This document shows, in pieces, positions 1-14,230 of a stretch of 64,000 nt of DNA. The stretch is taken from NCBI GenBank assembly GCA_951406725.2, contig OX597814.1:68758001-68822000 (forward strand). The letters run 5' to 3'. The notes under the pieces were generated by a model. That model was not told where the DNA came from. It saw only the letters and a program-made list of their open reading frames with translations, and ran no database searches. Source of the DNA: Octopus vulgaris. Taxonomy: Eukaryota. The position numbers and the translations under genes are program-made. The first letter of the stretch is position 1. The number at the start of each line of letters is the position of its first letter.

Positions 1-209
1 GCATTATTTGAAAATTAAAATTCATTCAAGAGCCCCAACGTGCATTACAGATTTGAAGAAAATTTGTCAAGAAGAATGGGAAAAAATTCCTAAAGAAACA
101 TGCGAGTCATTGATTAAGAACTACAAGAAGAAATTGGTTGAAGTGGAACTGAATAATGGTTATGCTAAATCAGAATTTTGACATGTACGGACATTTATTT
201 CCCCCCACT

Positions 210-299
210 GTATATACATATTATATATATAATGTATATTATACATATTATATATATATAATGTATATTATATATATTATATATGTATATATGTATGTA

Positions 300-352
<53 letters not shown>

Positions 353-396
353 CATGTATATGTATATCAAAAAATATATATATATATTATATATAT

Positions 397-448
<52 letters not shown>

Positions 449-450
449 TG
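210..450. repeat. (TA)n-rich microsatellite
   Basis: Interrupted TA dinucleotide run; explains the YI-repeat ORFs at 156-605 and 283-495. Confidence 0.95.
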
Positions 451-465
451 TATGTATGTATGTTA

Positions 466-1018
466 TGTCAGGTCACTTTCGAGTGCTACTGGTAACATGT
501 AACCCAGTACAACCTGTTGCATGGTCGGGTCGTCGGCGACTAAACCGGCAACCTCACCAAGCAAGCTTGGTGAGGAGGGTTTTTATTGGTCACCCTGCGG
601 GATGAAAAACAAAACCCGTCAAAGGGCGGAGGAACTCTTGAGAGTCAACGGCCATCCAATAAATGTCTTAAGGCTTTATCATGCGCGGAGACATAGAAAT
701 AATCGGATTGAATATCCGATCGCGCGGTTAAATCATTGAGAGTGAAGGACTCCAAGCCTTTTTTAGGGCATCCTTCTAGGATATGGTAACTCAGGTAACT
801 GGGATAACTCTGACATAAAACCTGCGGCTCAGTGGTTACCGATGATGTTGACTTGTTCTTCTTTTCGGATTATGGATGCTGTTGCTTAGTGAGTGGGATT
901 GACTCAGTGCACAGCCTTTCCTCACTTTAAAAAAATCTTCTTGCACAGGCATAGCACGATAACAACATTGATTAAGCTTCGTGCAATGGCCATACTCGAT
1001 AACGAGGGGGCAGCCACC
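466..1018 (+). mobile_element. Non-coding interspersed repeat, probably a non-autonomous RTE-tailed retroposon; diverged partial second copy at ~1035-1218
   Basis: 466-660 aligns by eye with 1040-1218 (GCTACTGG..CATGTAA..GCATGGTCG..CTAAACCG..CTTGGTGAGGAGG..GAACTCTT.AGAGTCAACGGCCA). The 3' end (ATGGCCATACTCGATAACGAGGGGGCAGCC) resembles the RTE 3' end at 5028-5062. Confidence 0.45.
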
Positions 1019-1551
1019 ATGTATGTATGTATGTCAATCGTTTACGCTACTGGAACCATGTAAACCTGTACTACTTGTCGCATGGTCGAGCCGTCAGCGT
1101 CTAAACCGCTTCCCTCACCAATCCTCTTGGTGAGGAGGATCTGTATCGGACACCCTGCTGGACTAAGGACTAGACCTGTAAAAGGGTGGAAGAACTCTTA
1201 AGAGTCAACGGCCACACAATTATTATATATATATATATATGTATATAGTTGGCTGAATTGTGTATGTATGTGCTAAGTGCGTGTTTGGTGTGGTGAATGT
1301 TGGGTGTCTGTGTATATATTTTTTTTTATATATTTAGTTGCATTTTTAACTCTTGAATATATGTGTGTATACTGCGTGAACGTGTGTTTTTTTTTTGACG
1401 GAATGGATATCATATATATATATATATCTATATATATATATATATATATATATACATACATACAAATATATGTATGTGTGTATGTGTGTGTGTGTATGTA
1501 AGTAGTTTTACTTGTTTTATTGTATCTGATTTGTGTGTATTTTTGGATGTA

Positions 1552-4500
1552 GTTAAAGAGGTAGATGGAGCTCCTAGGTTTAATAAAGCCATGGGGAAGG
1601 CAATCTGTCTACGAGAAGGTAACTCCGAATTCAAATCCTTCATTGCTGTCTTGCAGTTAGCCTTTGTTTGGGCAAAGACTGAGAGAAGAACACTCTGATA
1701 TAATACCACTGGAGAGGTTAAACTCCGGGATAATAGAACATGCAACCTCCATAATCACCCAGTCATCTTGCCTTGGTTTGTCAATGGATATCAGATTTTG
1801 GGGGAGGAGTGGGTGCTCTACGTGTCGTAGAAGCGTGTGGCATTGATATTTAAATGTACAGATATCTCTTTAAGTCCCATGGTGATGGAATAATGGCGAC
1901 ATGTGCAGGCTTAACGGACTAGGAGTGCATTGTCACGAATCTGCACGTGGGCGGCTCAGGGCACATCTAACGTCGCTGCATTGTTGAAAGAACAGCAGCA
2001 TGCTTCGTCGAGGTCAAGAGCGTCTCAGCAGCCCTCTCTAGGGAAGCACTGCTCATCCAGAAATCTAGGAAAGGTCTAGAAAAGATGACCCCAAAAAATG
2101 CCTATTCTACCATCAAGCTGGTCAACAACCTGCAGCTAACGGCTGTTCACTACAGCAGGAGGAATACAAATAGAAAATATGCAAACAAGAAATATAGATT
2201 ATGGGTAGGTGTATGGAATGTCAGGACACTTCTTGATCATGAAGGGTCAAGTAACTCTGAACGGCGAATGGCATAATAGCCAAGGAGTTGGTTAGGTATA
2301 TGATCGACATTGCTGCACTTTCTGAAACTCGGTTGAGTGATGAAGATCAATTGACAGAAACAGGTGCTGGATATACTTTCTTTTGGAAGGGTTAGCCAAA
2401 GGGTAAAAAACGAGTAGGGGTGTTGGCTTTGCCATTCGTACCGAGTTAACCCACAAAATAGAACAACCTAATGGTTTCAGTGAAAGGACTATGTATCTTC
2501 GAGATCCTCTATCACACAATCGTTTTCTGACTTTTATGCTCTTACTCTTGGTAGCAGCCGTGAATCTATAATAGCTTTCTATGAAGATCTCAGATTGGTT
2601 ATGATGTCGATTCCAAATGCAGATAAGATCCTCCTTCTTGGCGATTTCAATGCCCGCGTTGGATGCGACATTGAGACCTGGGATGCACTAGGGTGACATG
2701 GTTTGGGCAAAATGAACGCTAATGATCTTCGTCTTCTTCAGCTCTGCACTGGACTTGATATCATCATCTGCAACACTGTTTTTCATCAGAAGGATATCCA
2801 TAAAGCAACATGGACGCACCTAAGATCCAAACATGGACGTATTCTTGATTATCTTATCACCATGAAACGAGACCTTCCAGATGTTTGCACTGTCCGAGTC
2901 ATGCGAGGTGCAGTTGTGGGACTGACTATATATTCATACGTGGTAAATTGAAACTCTGCATCATGCGTAGAATAAGATCTGGAGGAATAAAAGTCCCTAA
3001 ACGTATTCATGTGTTGAAATTAAGGGACTCTAAGGTGCAGGCGAATCTTAGAAATGCTATTGGAGATGCGGAATTTGATGGAACCTGGACTCAGTTTAAG
3101 ACTACTATTTACACTGCTGGAGTTGAGGTTCTTGGTCTCAGAAACAGAAAACATCAGGACTGGTTTGATGAAAACGATCTACAGATCAATAAACGTCTTG
3201 AAGATAAAAATGTTGCACTAAAAATACCTCGGTGCCCCAGATGAAGATAAAATGCCCTTACTGCAGTCTCTTAAAAGGATAAAGTCATCACACCAAAGAA
3301 AGATACGACAAGTGAAAAACAAATGGTCGTCAGATATTTCTGAAAAAATCCCCAAAGCGTATAACAGTAAAGACATGAAAACAGTATATCACTTGATAGA
3401 ACAAGAGTTTGGTCCTCGGTCTTCATTTGTGGTACCACTCAAGTCTAAAGACAGCTGCTTTCTCTTCAAGGATCATGAGCGTATCACTTCACTGATCTCT
3501 TTTATAATCCTTCAGTTATTGATGAAAATGTCATCAGTAATCTGCCCCAAAAGGATATCCAACTATAGATGAGATGAAAAAGACGATCAAAGAAATAAAT
3601 AATGGGAAGATACCAGGTCTTGATGGCATTCCTGTTGAAATTCTCCTCCACGGGGCTAATAAGCTTCCTGTAGAGATCCACAATCTAATATCAGACATCC
3701 GGTTGGGTGCTCCTGTTCCCTAGGACTAGGTTGATGCTGTTTTAATTTCATTGTTCAAAGAAAAAGGATCCAAATCCGAGGGTGGCAATTACAGTGATCG
3801 AAATAGTCGGTAAGGGTTTTGCAAGACTTTTACTTAATCGGCTAACAATATGGATATGCCCCTCTGTCATCCCGGAGAGTCAGTGTGGTTTTAGATCAAG
3901 TCGTGGCACAATGGACATGATTTTTTCTACTCGTCAACTCCAAGAGAAATGCATCGAACATCGCAAAACACTTTACCAGATATTTGTCGATTTAACAAAA
4001 GCCTTCGACACTGTTAATAGGACCGTTCTTTGGACCATTCTTGGTAAACTTGGATGTCCACCTCAATTTGCCAACTTGTTTAAGCAACTTAATAGTGATA
4101 TGAAAGCTCGTCTTAACTTCAATGGGTCACTATCGGAACCAATTTCCATCGATAATAGAGTTAAACAAGGTGATATTGCTGCTCCAACACGTTTTTCCAT
4201 ATATTTTGCTGTAACTATCTTGCACGCTTTCCAAGACTTTGATATCGGCGTCTATATTTGCTTCAGAACCACAGACAAGGTCTTTGGTGTTAAACGCTTT
4301 AATGCAAAATCAAAGACATTCCAGACCCTTGTTTGAGAGCTCCTTTGTGGAGATAATATACTTCTCGTTGCTCACACAGAGGAGGACGTACAGGCTTTAT
4401 TGGATCTCTTCTCTAGTGCTTGTATTACTTTTGGACTTACCATCAGTCTAAAGACAACAAAGATCATGTTCTCTCAGCCTCCTGTACTCTTCTGAGACCT

Positions 4501-5062
4501 GGACGACATACAGGCGCCACGTCAAGGCTTTAGAAAGATTCGATCAAACTTGCCTAAGGAGGATACTAGACATCAAATGGAAGTCTTTGACACCAGACAC
4601 CGTTGTTCTTCAGCAAGCCAACACACTCATTATTGAAATTATCCTCATACGGAGTCAGATGTGTTGGGTTGAGCACCTTACTAGGATGCATGATGACGGG
4701 TTGCCAAAGCAGTTGTTTTACGGGGAGTTGCAGCAAGGCAAACGTCCGAGACATAAACCTAAGAATCGTTTTAAGTATGCTTTCAAAAGTAAACTTAAAG
4801 CTCTTCATATGAAAGTTGAAGACTGGGAGCAGATGACGCAAGATCGATCGGTTTGGAAACAAATGATCTACAATTGATGTAAAACAATTGAAGCTCGAAG
4901 AATTGAACAATCTATCTTGAAACGAACACTTCGTAGACAGGATTTAACTACAATCCCAGACACTTGTAAAATCTGCAGGACTTCTTAGTCATATAAGATC
5001 TCATGACAGTATTTATTAATTGAAGAAATGGCCTTCTTCTGTAAAGAAGTGGCAATCATCAT
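1552..5062 (+). mobile_element. Degenerate near-full-length RTE-clade LINE (APE endonuclease + RT), multiple stops and frameshifts
   Basis: APE motifs GVWNVRTLLD, DIAALSETR, LLLGDFNARVG, TWTHLRSKHGRILDYLI; RT motifs PGLDGIPVE, QCGFRSSRGTMDMIF, FVDLTKAFDTV, VKQG; RTE C-terminus LPKQLFYGELQQGKRPRHKPK; short (ATC)n tail. Confidence 0.92.
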
Positions 5063-5960
5063 ATATAAATAGAGTTAGCGGTTGTAGTAGCCGACTAAGG
5101 GATAAAATATCCGTATATACTATCAGTATCCGTTACCTGTGTTATCCCCGGGCAATGGTGTGCAGAGACACCATATACGTCAGGCGCAGGTGACAATAGG
5201 ATAAACAAAGGTTTATAGGGAGCCAATGCAAATAATTAAGAAAACCATAGATTAACCAGCACATCAATTGGACCGCATTTAAAGCTTGTTTATTGATACA
5301 AAGCAAGACATAATAAAGCTAACAACTGTTTCTGATCAGATTACCAGAATGCGAGAATAAAATTCTTCATCTTCATAGGGTATTCGAATTAAGGCAACCG
5401 ATCTTCATCAAAAGCATACAATATAAACAAAAAGAAGGAAGATGTAAGAAAACATGGTTTAGACAAATAGTCTAAAAGCTCAATATGTTAAGTGCACATA
5501 ATTATTTACCATCCGAGTCCAGAGAACGTAGATGAGAGAGTGAGCTACTAAAGGACTAGGGAATACTACAAGTTATTAACGGGAAGGTGCAGTTAGGAGA
5601 TGGAGTCATGGTGTTAAAGAAAGAAGTTTCCAGAAGCTCTGTGTAAAGAAGATACTAACATAATTATCAAAGGTCAAACCTATATTAACGGAGTAAACGT
5701 AAGTAAAGTTAAACAATTAACGTAGGTTACTAAATAGAAAATTTACTCGCAGGAAATTAATACCCTATGGTACACAATAGAGTAAGTCTAAGTCCAGCGG
5801 TCTCTACATTGGTCAGTAACAATTTAAAACAATTCCCAAGTTAAAACCGTTACAAAGGGTTTGTTTATAGATAAACAAGATAAGAAAGGAAGGAACAAAG
5901 GTAAGGGAGATAAGACAATGAGTAGAATTTAAGGGTCGCTTATGTCCTTTACTCTCTTAG
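5063..5960 (-). mobile_element. Probable 3' (pLTR) region of a Penelope-like element
   Basis: Non-coding segment containing a decayed hammerhead-like motif on the - strand (5316-5416); no ORF support. Confidence 0.35.
5316..5416 (-). ncRNA. Degenerate type I hammerhead ribozyme motif with long stem II
   Basis: Minus strand: GCTT-TTGATGA-A-GATCGGTTGCC...GGTAATCTGATC-A-GAAAC-AGTT-GTT-AGC. Stem II pairs well, but core C3 is mutated. Confidence 0.45.
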
Positions 5961-6164
5961 CGGTATAACATATGAGAATGTAACAGAGACAAACAATTTA
6001 GTGGTTGAGTGGGGGGGCAATATATATACAAACATATACGTACACTAAGAGAGAGAGAGAGAGAGATGTACCTATGTGTAGGTGTGGTTAGGGAATAAAC
6101 ATGTGTATGTTTGTATATATATGTTTGTGGGAGTGTGGGTGGTGTTTGGGTGGGTGTATCTATC

Positions 6165-6328
6165 TTTCTATACACATATATATGTATATATATATGTATA
6201 TATATATGTATACATATATATATATATATACATACATATATATATATATATATACATATATATATGTATATATATTTATATATATATATATATATATATA
6301 CAATTATATATATACATATATATATATG

Positions 6329-6425
<97 letters not shown>
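6165..6425. repeat. (TA)n/(TATG) microsatellite
   Basis: Direct inspection. Confidence 0.95.
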
Positions 6426-6426
<1 letters not shown>

Positions 6427-7468
6427 CAATAGATAGTAATTTCCATATATATGAATTCTTTTATTAAACAGTCTGCGAATTTTGACATATCCACATACTA
6501 GACACGTTTGCGCATGAATTATCATATTTCATGAATTATATCAACATCAAATTGCATTCATCGTTAAAAATTGAGCTCCGCATCATGGTATGGAATAAAT
6601 AATGGTCAGTATTTCCATTATGTCTTTCTAATCTCTGCATTGTGGATTACAAATATTGGCAAATATACGCACGCTCCCTTTACATTCGATAATCAATCTC
6701 GGATGACTACAAACTTACTTATTGCAAGTTATAAGGCAGAACTTAGGTGACTTCTTTATATTCTGCCCATATACATACACATATAGAGATATATCAATAT
6801 GTGTAAGCTGCTTACATATGAAAAGGCAAATGAAACGCAGAAACTGTTATACAAATACACACATCTAAGTAGTTTTTGTTATTAACTAACTTCGGCTTGA
6901 AACGACGTGAGAGGTCTTATACATTAGCTACAACATAACATTTACAATTATATTTTTTTCAGCTTGGTACAAATCTACAGTATTATAGCAGATAGACAAT
7001 TACAAGTTATGATATATTCAAACGTATCATGATCTCTAAACTTCCAGAATTTTCATATTTCTCCACCGTATTTCTCAATACAACAACATTATTTGCTGAG
7101 AAGTTTAAATTTTATGCGGGAAACCTTCAATATACACTTTAATATAATAGGATACCTCATTCCTGAGTCTGAAATAGTCAACACTATTTATGTTTGATAT
7201 AGTGAACGTCACCGAAATAGAAAAGTTAGGAGTTGGGTTTCCTATAGTGATAATGTAAAATAATTTGCTTAGCATAATCATTTGTAAGTCTAAATTCTCT
7301 TTTTGAATTTGAATGCAACTTCGGTCGACAGTTACACGTATATTCTTTTTTTTTTTTTTTGTATATACCAATGCCTATTTCCCATTTTCTTGGGAGTGGG
7401 TAACCATTACAAGACACACATCAGGGATTTCCATTCATTTGATATTCTTAAAAAGACAAGAAAAAGTA

Positions 7469-7687
7469 TACTCTTTACTCTTTACTCTTTACTCTTTTAT
7501 TTGTTCCAGTCATTTGACTGTGGCCATGCTGGAGCACAAATCGACCCCAGGAATTATTCTTTGTAAGCCTAGTACTTATTTTATCGGTCTCTTTTGTCGA
7601 ACCGCTAAGTTACGGGACGTAAACACACCAGCATCGGTTGTCAAGCGATGTTGGGGGTTCAAACACAGACAACAAACGTATACACGC

Positions 7688-7749
<62 letters not shown>

Positions 7750-8050
7750 GTATGTATATATGTATGTCTTCCCTTCTTTCCTGAGCGTCAAATAATACTT
7801 TAATTGTTCCACGTCCTCGTGTTGCTGTGTTTTTTTCTGTGTTTCCTTGTTTGGATTAACTATATATATATATATATACATATATACGACGGGCGTTTTT
7901 CAGTTTCCGTCTGCCAAATCCACTCACAAGGCTTTGGTCGGCCCGAGACTATAGTAGAAGACACTTGACCAAGGTGCCACGCAGTGGGACTGAACACGGA
8001 ACCATGTGGTTCGTAAGCAAGCTACTAACCACACAGTCACTCCTACGCCT
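7469..8050 (-). mobile_element. tRNA-derived SINE with internal microsatellite and tandem (AGAGTAA) tail
   Basis: Minus strand begins GGCGTAGGAGTGACTGTGTGGTTAGTAG...GTGTTCAGTCCC (A/B-box-like) and ends in AGAGTAAAAGAGTAAAGAGTA repeats. Confidence 0.7.
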
Positions 8051-9689
8051 ATATTCATTTCATTAATATAAAAGTGAGAAATAAACTGAATTCAGCCAAC
8101 TATACTTGCACAAAAATTGAAAATGTATCAATGTGTCGAAATCTCTATGCCTGCTTCCTTTAAATTATGAATCCGTTTTGCACAATCCAAAACTAATAAC
8201 TATACTTTCTTCAATTACTCCACATCCAAACTCAATTAGTGTTTTATATATATGTGTATATGTATATGTTTTAAAGAAGATGAATTTTCTTATGTTTTGG
8301 AAATGAGTATTCCAGATGTTCCATGAATGAAAGTAGGTATGGATAAATAGTTAAAAACTTCGTTTGGCATTAATGAGATTGCCGGTTAAATTCCATTTTA
8401 CCATAGCTTCGGGTTAATTAGTTGAATTGAATCGATGGAAACTGTTAGGAAATCCAAAGAAAAAATCCTGCAAAGATTACATTAAATGAACTAGCCACTT
8501 ATTTTCTGATTCAATGAAGAGATATTTTGTTGTTCGAACCACAAGAACACTAACAGAATATCCATTTACTTTTGTATTTACACAGATTTAACTGATCTCG
8601 GAAATTCAGATCGAAACCATAGACATTTTAGTACAATTACAAAATTGACACCAAAAGAACATTGATGATGGTAAAGCATTGCGTTTGAACAATTAAGATT
8701 GTTCAGTATATGAGACGAATTTAACGATTTCTTCAAAGTAAAATTTCATTTGAGAACATGATAAACTTACGTTCATAGTAATCAATTACCATGAACTTTA
8801 CAAAACCGCATTTCAAGAATTACAATGTTAGTGAAGAAAGATCAATGTAAACAATGTACAGTGTAAAGATATCATTTTCGCTAATTCCATTTAAAATTCA
8901 AAAATAAACTGGTATTAAAGCATTTTTAATATCAATGTACAAAGATGAAAATAAGCGATGTGTAAGATACAAGAAATAAGGAGTATTTGTAATTTAGATT
9001 ATATCTCTAAATGGTATTTTTAAAATTGCATTTTATATCATTGATTTCTTACTTTCTCGGGTTCTTTCTTTTTGTTTTTTTCATTGTATATCCTGATGAA
9101 ACAGAAAATTACTAACAGTATTGAGCATGTACCAGATGAGAATGAACTTGCTTCCTTTCTGATCATTTTCTATCTATTCCATTCCCTTGCTTGTATGCAA
9201 TCAATTATATGATAGCTGCAAATTAAATGATAGAATGACACACACAGACACACATATACATATTTATACCGGCTGATTTATCTGGTTTTACCCGAATTTT
9301 TTGATAGGTAAAATAAAACCTTATGAATTCACTGTTTTGATAAGTTGCTGATAATCTCCAGGAATGCTCATTCTCTCAGAATTGTTGCATCCAATTAATT
9401 CAGAAGATGGTTCAAGTTAAGAAATATACAAAAACAACATACTAAAATGTTTCTCTTACATTTTATTTCGGGTAAACATACTTTTGCCAAAATAATTTTT
9501 CTAAAGGATTTAACATAATAATTATTATTTCTAATTAGTGTCCCACCCCAATACTTGAAAGTAAATAATATTCTTAATTTTTCTGCCAGGAACTGAAAGG
9601 AAGAAATATATCTCCTTTTCTAATTCAGGGGAAAAGAAAAATGATCAAATAATTGACCATGAGAAAAACAAACTTGACTTCAACGTGAT

Positions 9690-9930
9690 TTCGGTAAATC
9701 TGATGCATTGGCATTGTCTTGTGCCTTGTTGATATTCATTGCAAGTTTAAATTCAAACGACACATCCTGGAGTAAAAAAACATCTTCAGTCTTGGCAAAG
9801 CATGTCACCCATGACTCAACGCATTCCAGACAAATTTCTTGGATGAGACGCAATTGCGCTTATTTCTATGTATTCCCACTGGAAAGGTTTTATGTTACTC
9901 CTGACGTTTTTTTATATTGTAGTTAACTAC
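9690..9930 (-). pseudogene. Possible Helitron PIF1-like helicase relic
   Basis: Minus-strand translation ...CFAKTEDVFLLQDVSFEFKLAMNINKAQD resembles Helitron GEDVFIPRI..PFEFKR..AMTINKAQG; short and degraded. Confidence 0.35.
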
Positions 9931-10293
9931 TTACACACTCTAGGGTCACAAAGTAGATCTGTTAGCAGGGAAGCAATTTATGCTACCCTCCCACTGACCA
10001 TACTAACCACCCCCACATCACGAACATCATAACTATCCTCATTATTTGATTCCTGAGCAATTGTCAAGCTATCTATTCAATAGTTTTTTTTTTCATTTTC
10101 AGTTGACGCTAGTGAATATCGTCTGGTGGTCAGATAAATTTTTACCCATCAGACGAATTTCAGTTACAGTTTAACTGTTTATACTGACCGACCACGAGCA
10201 TACCCCAAGACAAACCAGTTTGCTATATAAGGCCCAACCTAATTTACCTACGTTGTTTAATTCACCCTTCTATTTCTTTTTCTTTTTGCTGTC

Positions 10294-10294
10294 G

Positions 10295-10326
<32 letters not shown>

Positions 10327-10520
10327 CTTCTTCTTCTTCTTCTTCTTCTTCTTCTTCTTCTTCTTCTTCTTCTTCTTCTTCTTCTTCTCATTACTATTAT
10401 TATCATTATTATTTTTATTTTATTATCATTATTATCATTATTATTTTTATATTATTATTATTATCATTATTATAATTGTTGTTGTTGTTGTTGTTGTTGT
10501 TATCATTATTATCATTGTTA

Positions 10521-10558
<38 letters not shown>
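10294..10558. repeat. Compound (GTT)n(CTT)n(ATT)n trinucleotide microsatellite
   Basis: Direct inspection; source of the poly-L/F/I/N ORFs. Confidence 0.95.
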
Positions 10559-10725
10559 GAGTGAGAGAGCAATATATGCCATCAAAGTGACACTGGCGAA
10601 AAATATACGAAGCCCAGTATACCCATCATGTGGACCTGGTAGACCAGGCATATCCATCCCAACTATATGTGCGCGACATAGTGATCTCATATCAAGATAA
10701 TCAACGCATGACCTTGCAGTTGGGG
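10556..10725 (-). mobile_element. 3' end of a (TAA)n-tailed non-LTR retroposon, same family as 31800-32356 and 47078-47562
   Basis: Reverse complement matches CATGATGGGTATACTGGGCTTCGTATATTTT..CAGTGTCACTTTGATGGCAT..CTCACTCAATAATAA of the other copies. Confidence 0.8.
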
Positions 10726-11269
10726 CCGTATCCACACTTTTACTTATTCTTTGTTTCCTCCCGATATAAGGCAAAAGACAAGGTCTGGAAGGCGTACAAT
10801 GTAACAGCACGCTTGTGTTGCAAGTATGATGACGTACTTCTCTAATGTCTAAAACCGCAAACATTATATAAATTTTGACTTCGAACTTTTGCGTAAACTG
10901 GCGTTGCAAATAGAGTTGGTAAAGAAGCAATCGTAACGAATCATTAAAGATGCGTTAAAGAATTTTCTTTGTTTTCTTCTTATCATTTGGATTATTTACT
11001 CTTTGCCAAACCCACTTTATGGTGTCATGAAACTTGAATTTACTACACCTGAGGAATTCCGGCTTTGGTCTGGAATCCGACAGCGTTGATAGCCCAGTAT
11101 TCAGGTCGAGTGCTTCCCTGGAAATACCATAACTTTACATCCTATCTGACCTTATATATATATATATATATATAATGTATGTTTGTATATATCTATATAT
11201 ATACATACGTACATGTGTGTTGTAATTATGCACACGCGCATGTATGTACACATAATGTTACAAGTCTCT

Positions 11270-11590
11270 TACAAGGATCATCAAACAAATGAGTGAGTGT
11301 TACAGCAAATAGGTGAAAGACGACAATTCCTGAACATTGTAGAGAAAAACAAATGCTCGATTCATACGGCCATATTCGAAGAAGCAATGGTTTGGAGAAC
11401 ATTATCACGGAAGAAAGAGTAGAGAGTAGTAGATCAAAAGACAGGCAAAGAACGCAATGGATGGACAGTAGCAAAAGCTAGTCGGACAAGAGTGACAAGA
11501 CAGCCGGAGAACTCGCGCTCAATCAGGAAGACTTTCGTTGTAGTGTCATCAATACGCTGCAGGCGTACGATACATGATGACGACGATAAT
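11270..11590 (+). mobile_element. 3' fragment of an RTE-like LINE
   Basis: Translation YGHIRRSNGLENIITEERVESSRSKDRQRTQWMD matches the RTE C-terminal GHI.R...EG.R.RGR...W.D pattern; (GAT/GAC)n tail. Confidence 0.6.
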
Positions 11591-11650
11591 AGCAATCAGA
11601 CGGAAAATGAAGGCAATCTAGTTACATAACTATATTAAAGGATCATTTTG

Positions 11651-12322
11651 GGATCTTTTCTGTTTGGCTGCCAAGTTTCAGTCTCTTCAGTTCCTGCTCG
11701 AATTGGTTTCATATTCATCACTACTTTGAAATTCATTTTCGCAATAAAATCAGTAAATAAAGAGTTTGCAAATTTTGTAATTTTAACTAATTGTAAGCCA
11801 CAGGCACATTCATGTCTGTTTCCATAGTAACAAGCCAAGCATGAGAACACTATTGTCTGCAAAAAAGCACGTGTTGACAATATTTTCCACTCATTGCAGT
11901 GGTCGTCAGATATGCTAAAAATAGCAGACAAATAAGCCTTAAATCACGCACCAAAAATTGTTTGCTTTATGTTTGGATAATCACATGAATTCCCGTGTGT
12001 ATAATACAAATTTGCAGAAATTTTCTGAAAATTCCAAAAAATAAAAAAAGTTATGAGGGTTTATGGAATGTGTAAAGCAGAATTTGATTTTTTTACAGTT
12101 GACAGCACGTGCTGTCATGCACAAAATGACAGCTTCCAAATCCTGTTTTCTGACTGGATAAAAATTATTAAACTTTAAACCTCTATAACATTTCTTAATA
12201 TTTCCGGGAAAAGTGAAATATCACCTGAGATTCAGCTTGGAACACTACATTAAGGTACCAAATCTTAAATTCTTCAAAAAACTTTGAATTTTCGGAAATT
12301 GGCAGCCAAACTGAAAAGATTC
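11651..12322. mobile_element. Non-autonomous DNA transposon with ~24-bp TIRs and a perfect 8-bp TSD
   Basis: TIRs GGATCTTTTCTGTTTGGCTGCCAA / TTGGCAGCCAAACTGAAAAGATTC; TSD TCATTTTG at 11643-11650 and 12323-12330. Confidence 0.8.
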
Positions 12323-13971
12323 TCATTTTGAATGGCTAGAGAAACTGCTTCGTCACTATACACGTTTATTTGCATATATTAAATTTATGTAAACCCACAC
12401 ATAATTAACGAATTGATTGATTGTGTGTGTCATTCACCCACTACCGTGGGTGAATATATTCTTAGGGTCAACTTTTAATTACTCACGAGCATTTTTAGTA
12501 AAAGGAAACTATACAATAGTGAAATTAATCTTAACCTGAAAACCTTGTCAAAAAATATTAGCGATTAAAAGATGTGGTGTGGCTTTAAATGACCATAGAA
12601 GATTATCCTTATAACAAATTAAAATATTTTTCGCCTATTAAGATATTTAATCTCATAGAAGAAAATATTTGAAATTTTCGCCTTTCTAATATTTGCATAA
12701 GCCTTTTGTTAGAAACGCTGTTTTCACTCTCAACGCCGGAAATGTATGGATACGGACAGTTGGCCCGTTGTAAACATATACGCTGTGTTTTCCATAAGTT
12801 GAAATATAAATTAGATAAATAGCTCTACATTAATACATTTATATATAAACAAATATAGGCACAAAATAGTTACAATGAATGTGGTTTATATATCGATAAA
12901 GAAAAGTTATGAAGTTCAAGACAAAAGTGATTGATCACCAAAGTTTACGTCCGAAGTTTCTCTTATAAACTAGGGAATAAGGATCAAAGATGGAAGCTAT
13001 ATATAAACTGTCTTTAACGATTTCATATCAGCTTTCTTTTTGCTTCGCCGAAAATTGATATTTGGTCCAATATTTACGTATTTTTTATTACTTATTTTTC
13101 GTAACTTTTGGTTTTGTTTTGGTAGTTTCACGTTTCTCGTCCACGTGAAACTATCATTTTTTGTAATATCTTCACTGTTATCTTTATTGAATTTTAGGAT
13201 TGCTATATTTATTCTATATGGCATTAATAAGGGTTATTGAAAAAGTAAAAATTAAAAGTTTAGTACACAGCAATATTCCTTTTATTTATCATAATTTGGC
13301 GTACGAGTTTATCAGGTGAAGTTAATTGTTCGATTATTCAGTTGTTATGATTTGAAATTCATTTGATTTTCTATCATAAAAGCAGACTGATTTATATAAC
13401 AAAACAAATTAGCAACAGAGGATCTTTCCGTTCGGATTGGTGGGTCTTCAGGACTGCAAATTAACATGCGCATAAGTAACTGTAGATTTATACAGATAGT
13501 AACACTAACAAACAAAGCAAAGATACATTATAACGCATGAAGTTCCACGTACATATATGTGCATGGTTCCAAAAATAAAGATAAGACACAAATATACCTT
13601 CCTACATGTACGATTAATATATACCGTGAGTACATATATAAACATTAAGCTTGAATTAATTATGAACAGTGAGTTACAAATTTTGATTTCAGTCGATAAG
13701 TATACAAATGCAATTTGCTTCATATTGAAAAAGTATGTTAAAATGTATGCACTCAGACCTTATCACTGTTCCACAATACCCAACACAAACACACGCATAC
13801 AAATAGTTCATAAATCTTTTATATAAATTCTGTATACACTAACGGAGTTCCACATATATATCCAGTAAAATGAATAATCCTGCCGTATGATGGCATATGG
13901 TAGCCGACAACTATATATGAGCTTAAATTATTACCCAGATAATAGTAAATATATAAAGGAATGTATGTATG

Positions 13972-14007
<36 letters not shown>

Positions 14008-14084
14008 TATGTGTGCGTATGTATGTGTATATGTATGTGTGTGTATGTATATGTGTGTACGTATGTATATATATATATGTATAT

Positions 14085-14161
14085 ATACAAAAGCTAGAAA
14101 TGTTGTTATTAAATTATTGGTATGTGAACAGAGTTTTGTTTCATTGCTATAATGTATTATA

Positions 14162-14230
<69 letters not shown>

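Noticed and set aside
13404-13462. Minus-strand CTGAAGA...GAAA hammerhead-like motif
   Set aside because: Stem II barely pairs, stem I has several mismatches, and the + strand resembles the GGATCTTT TIR family; too ambiguous.
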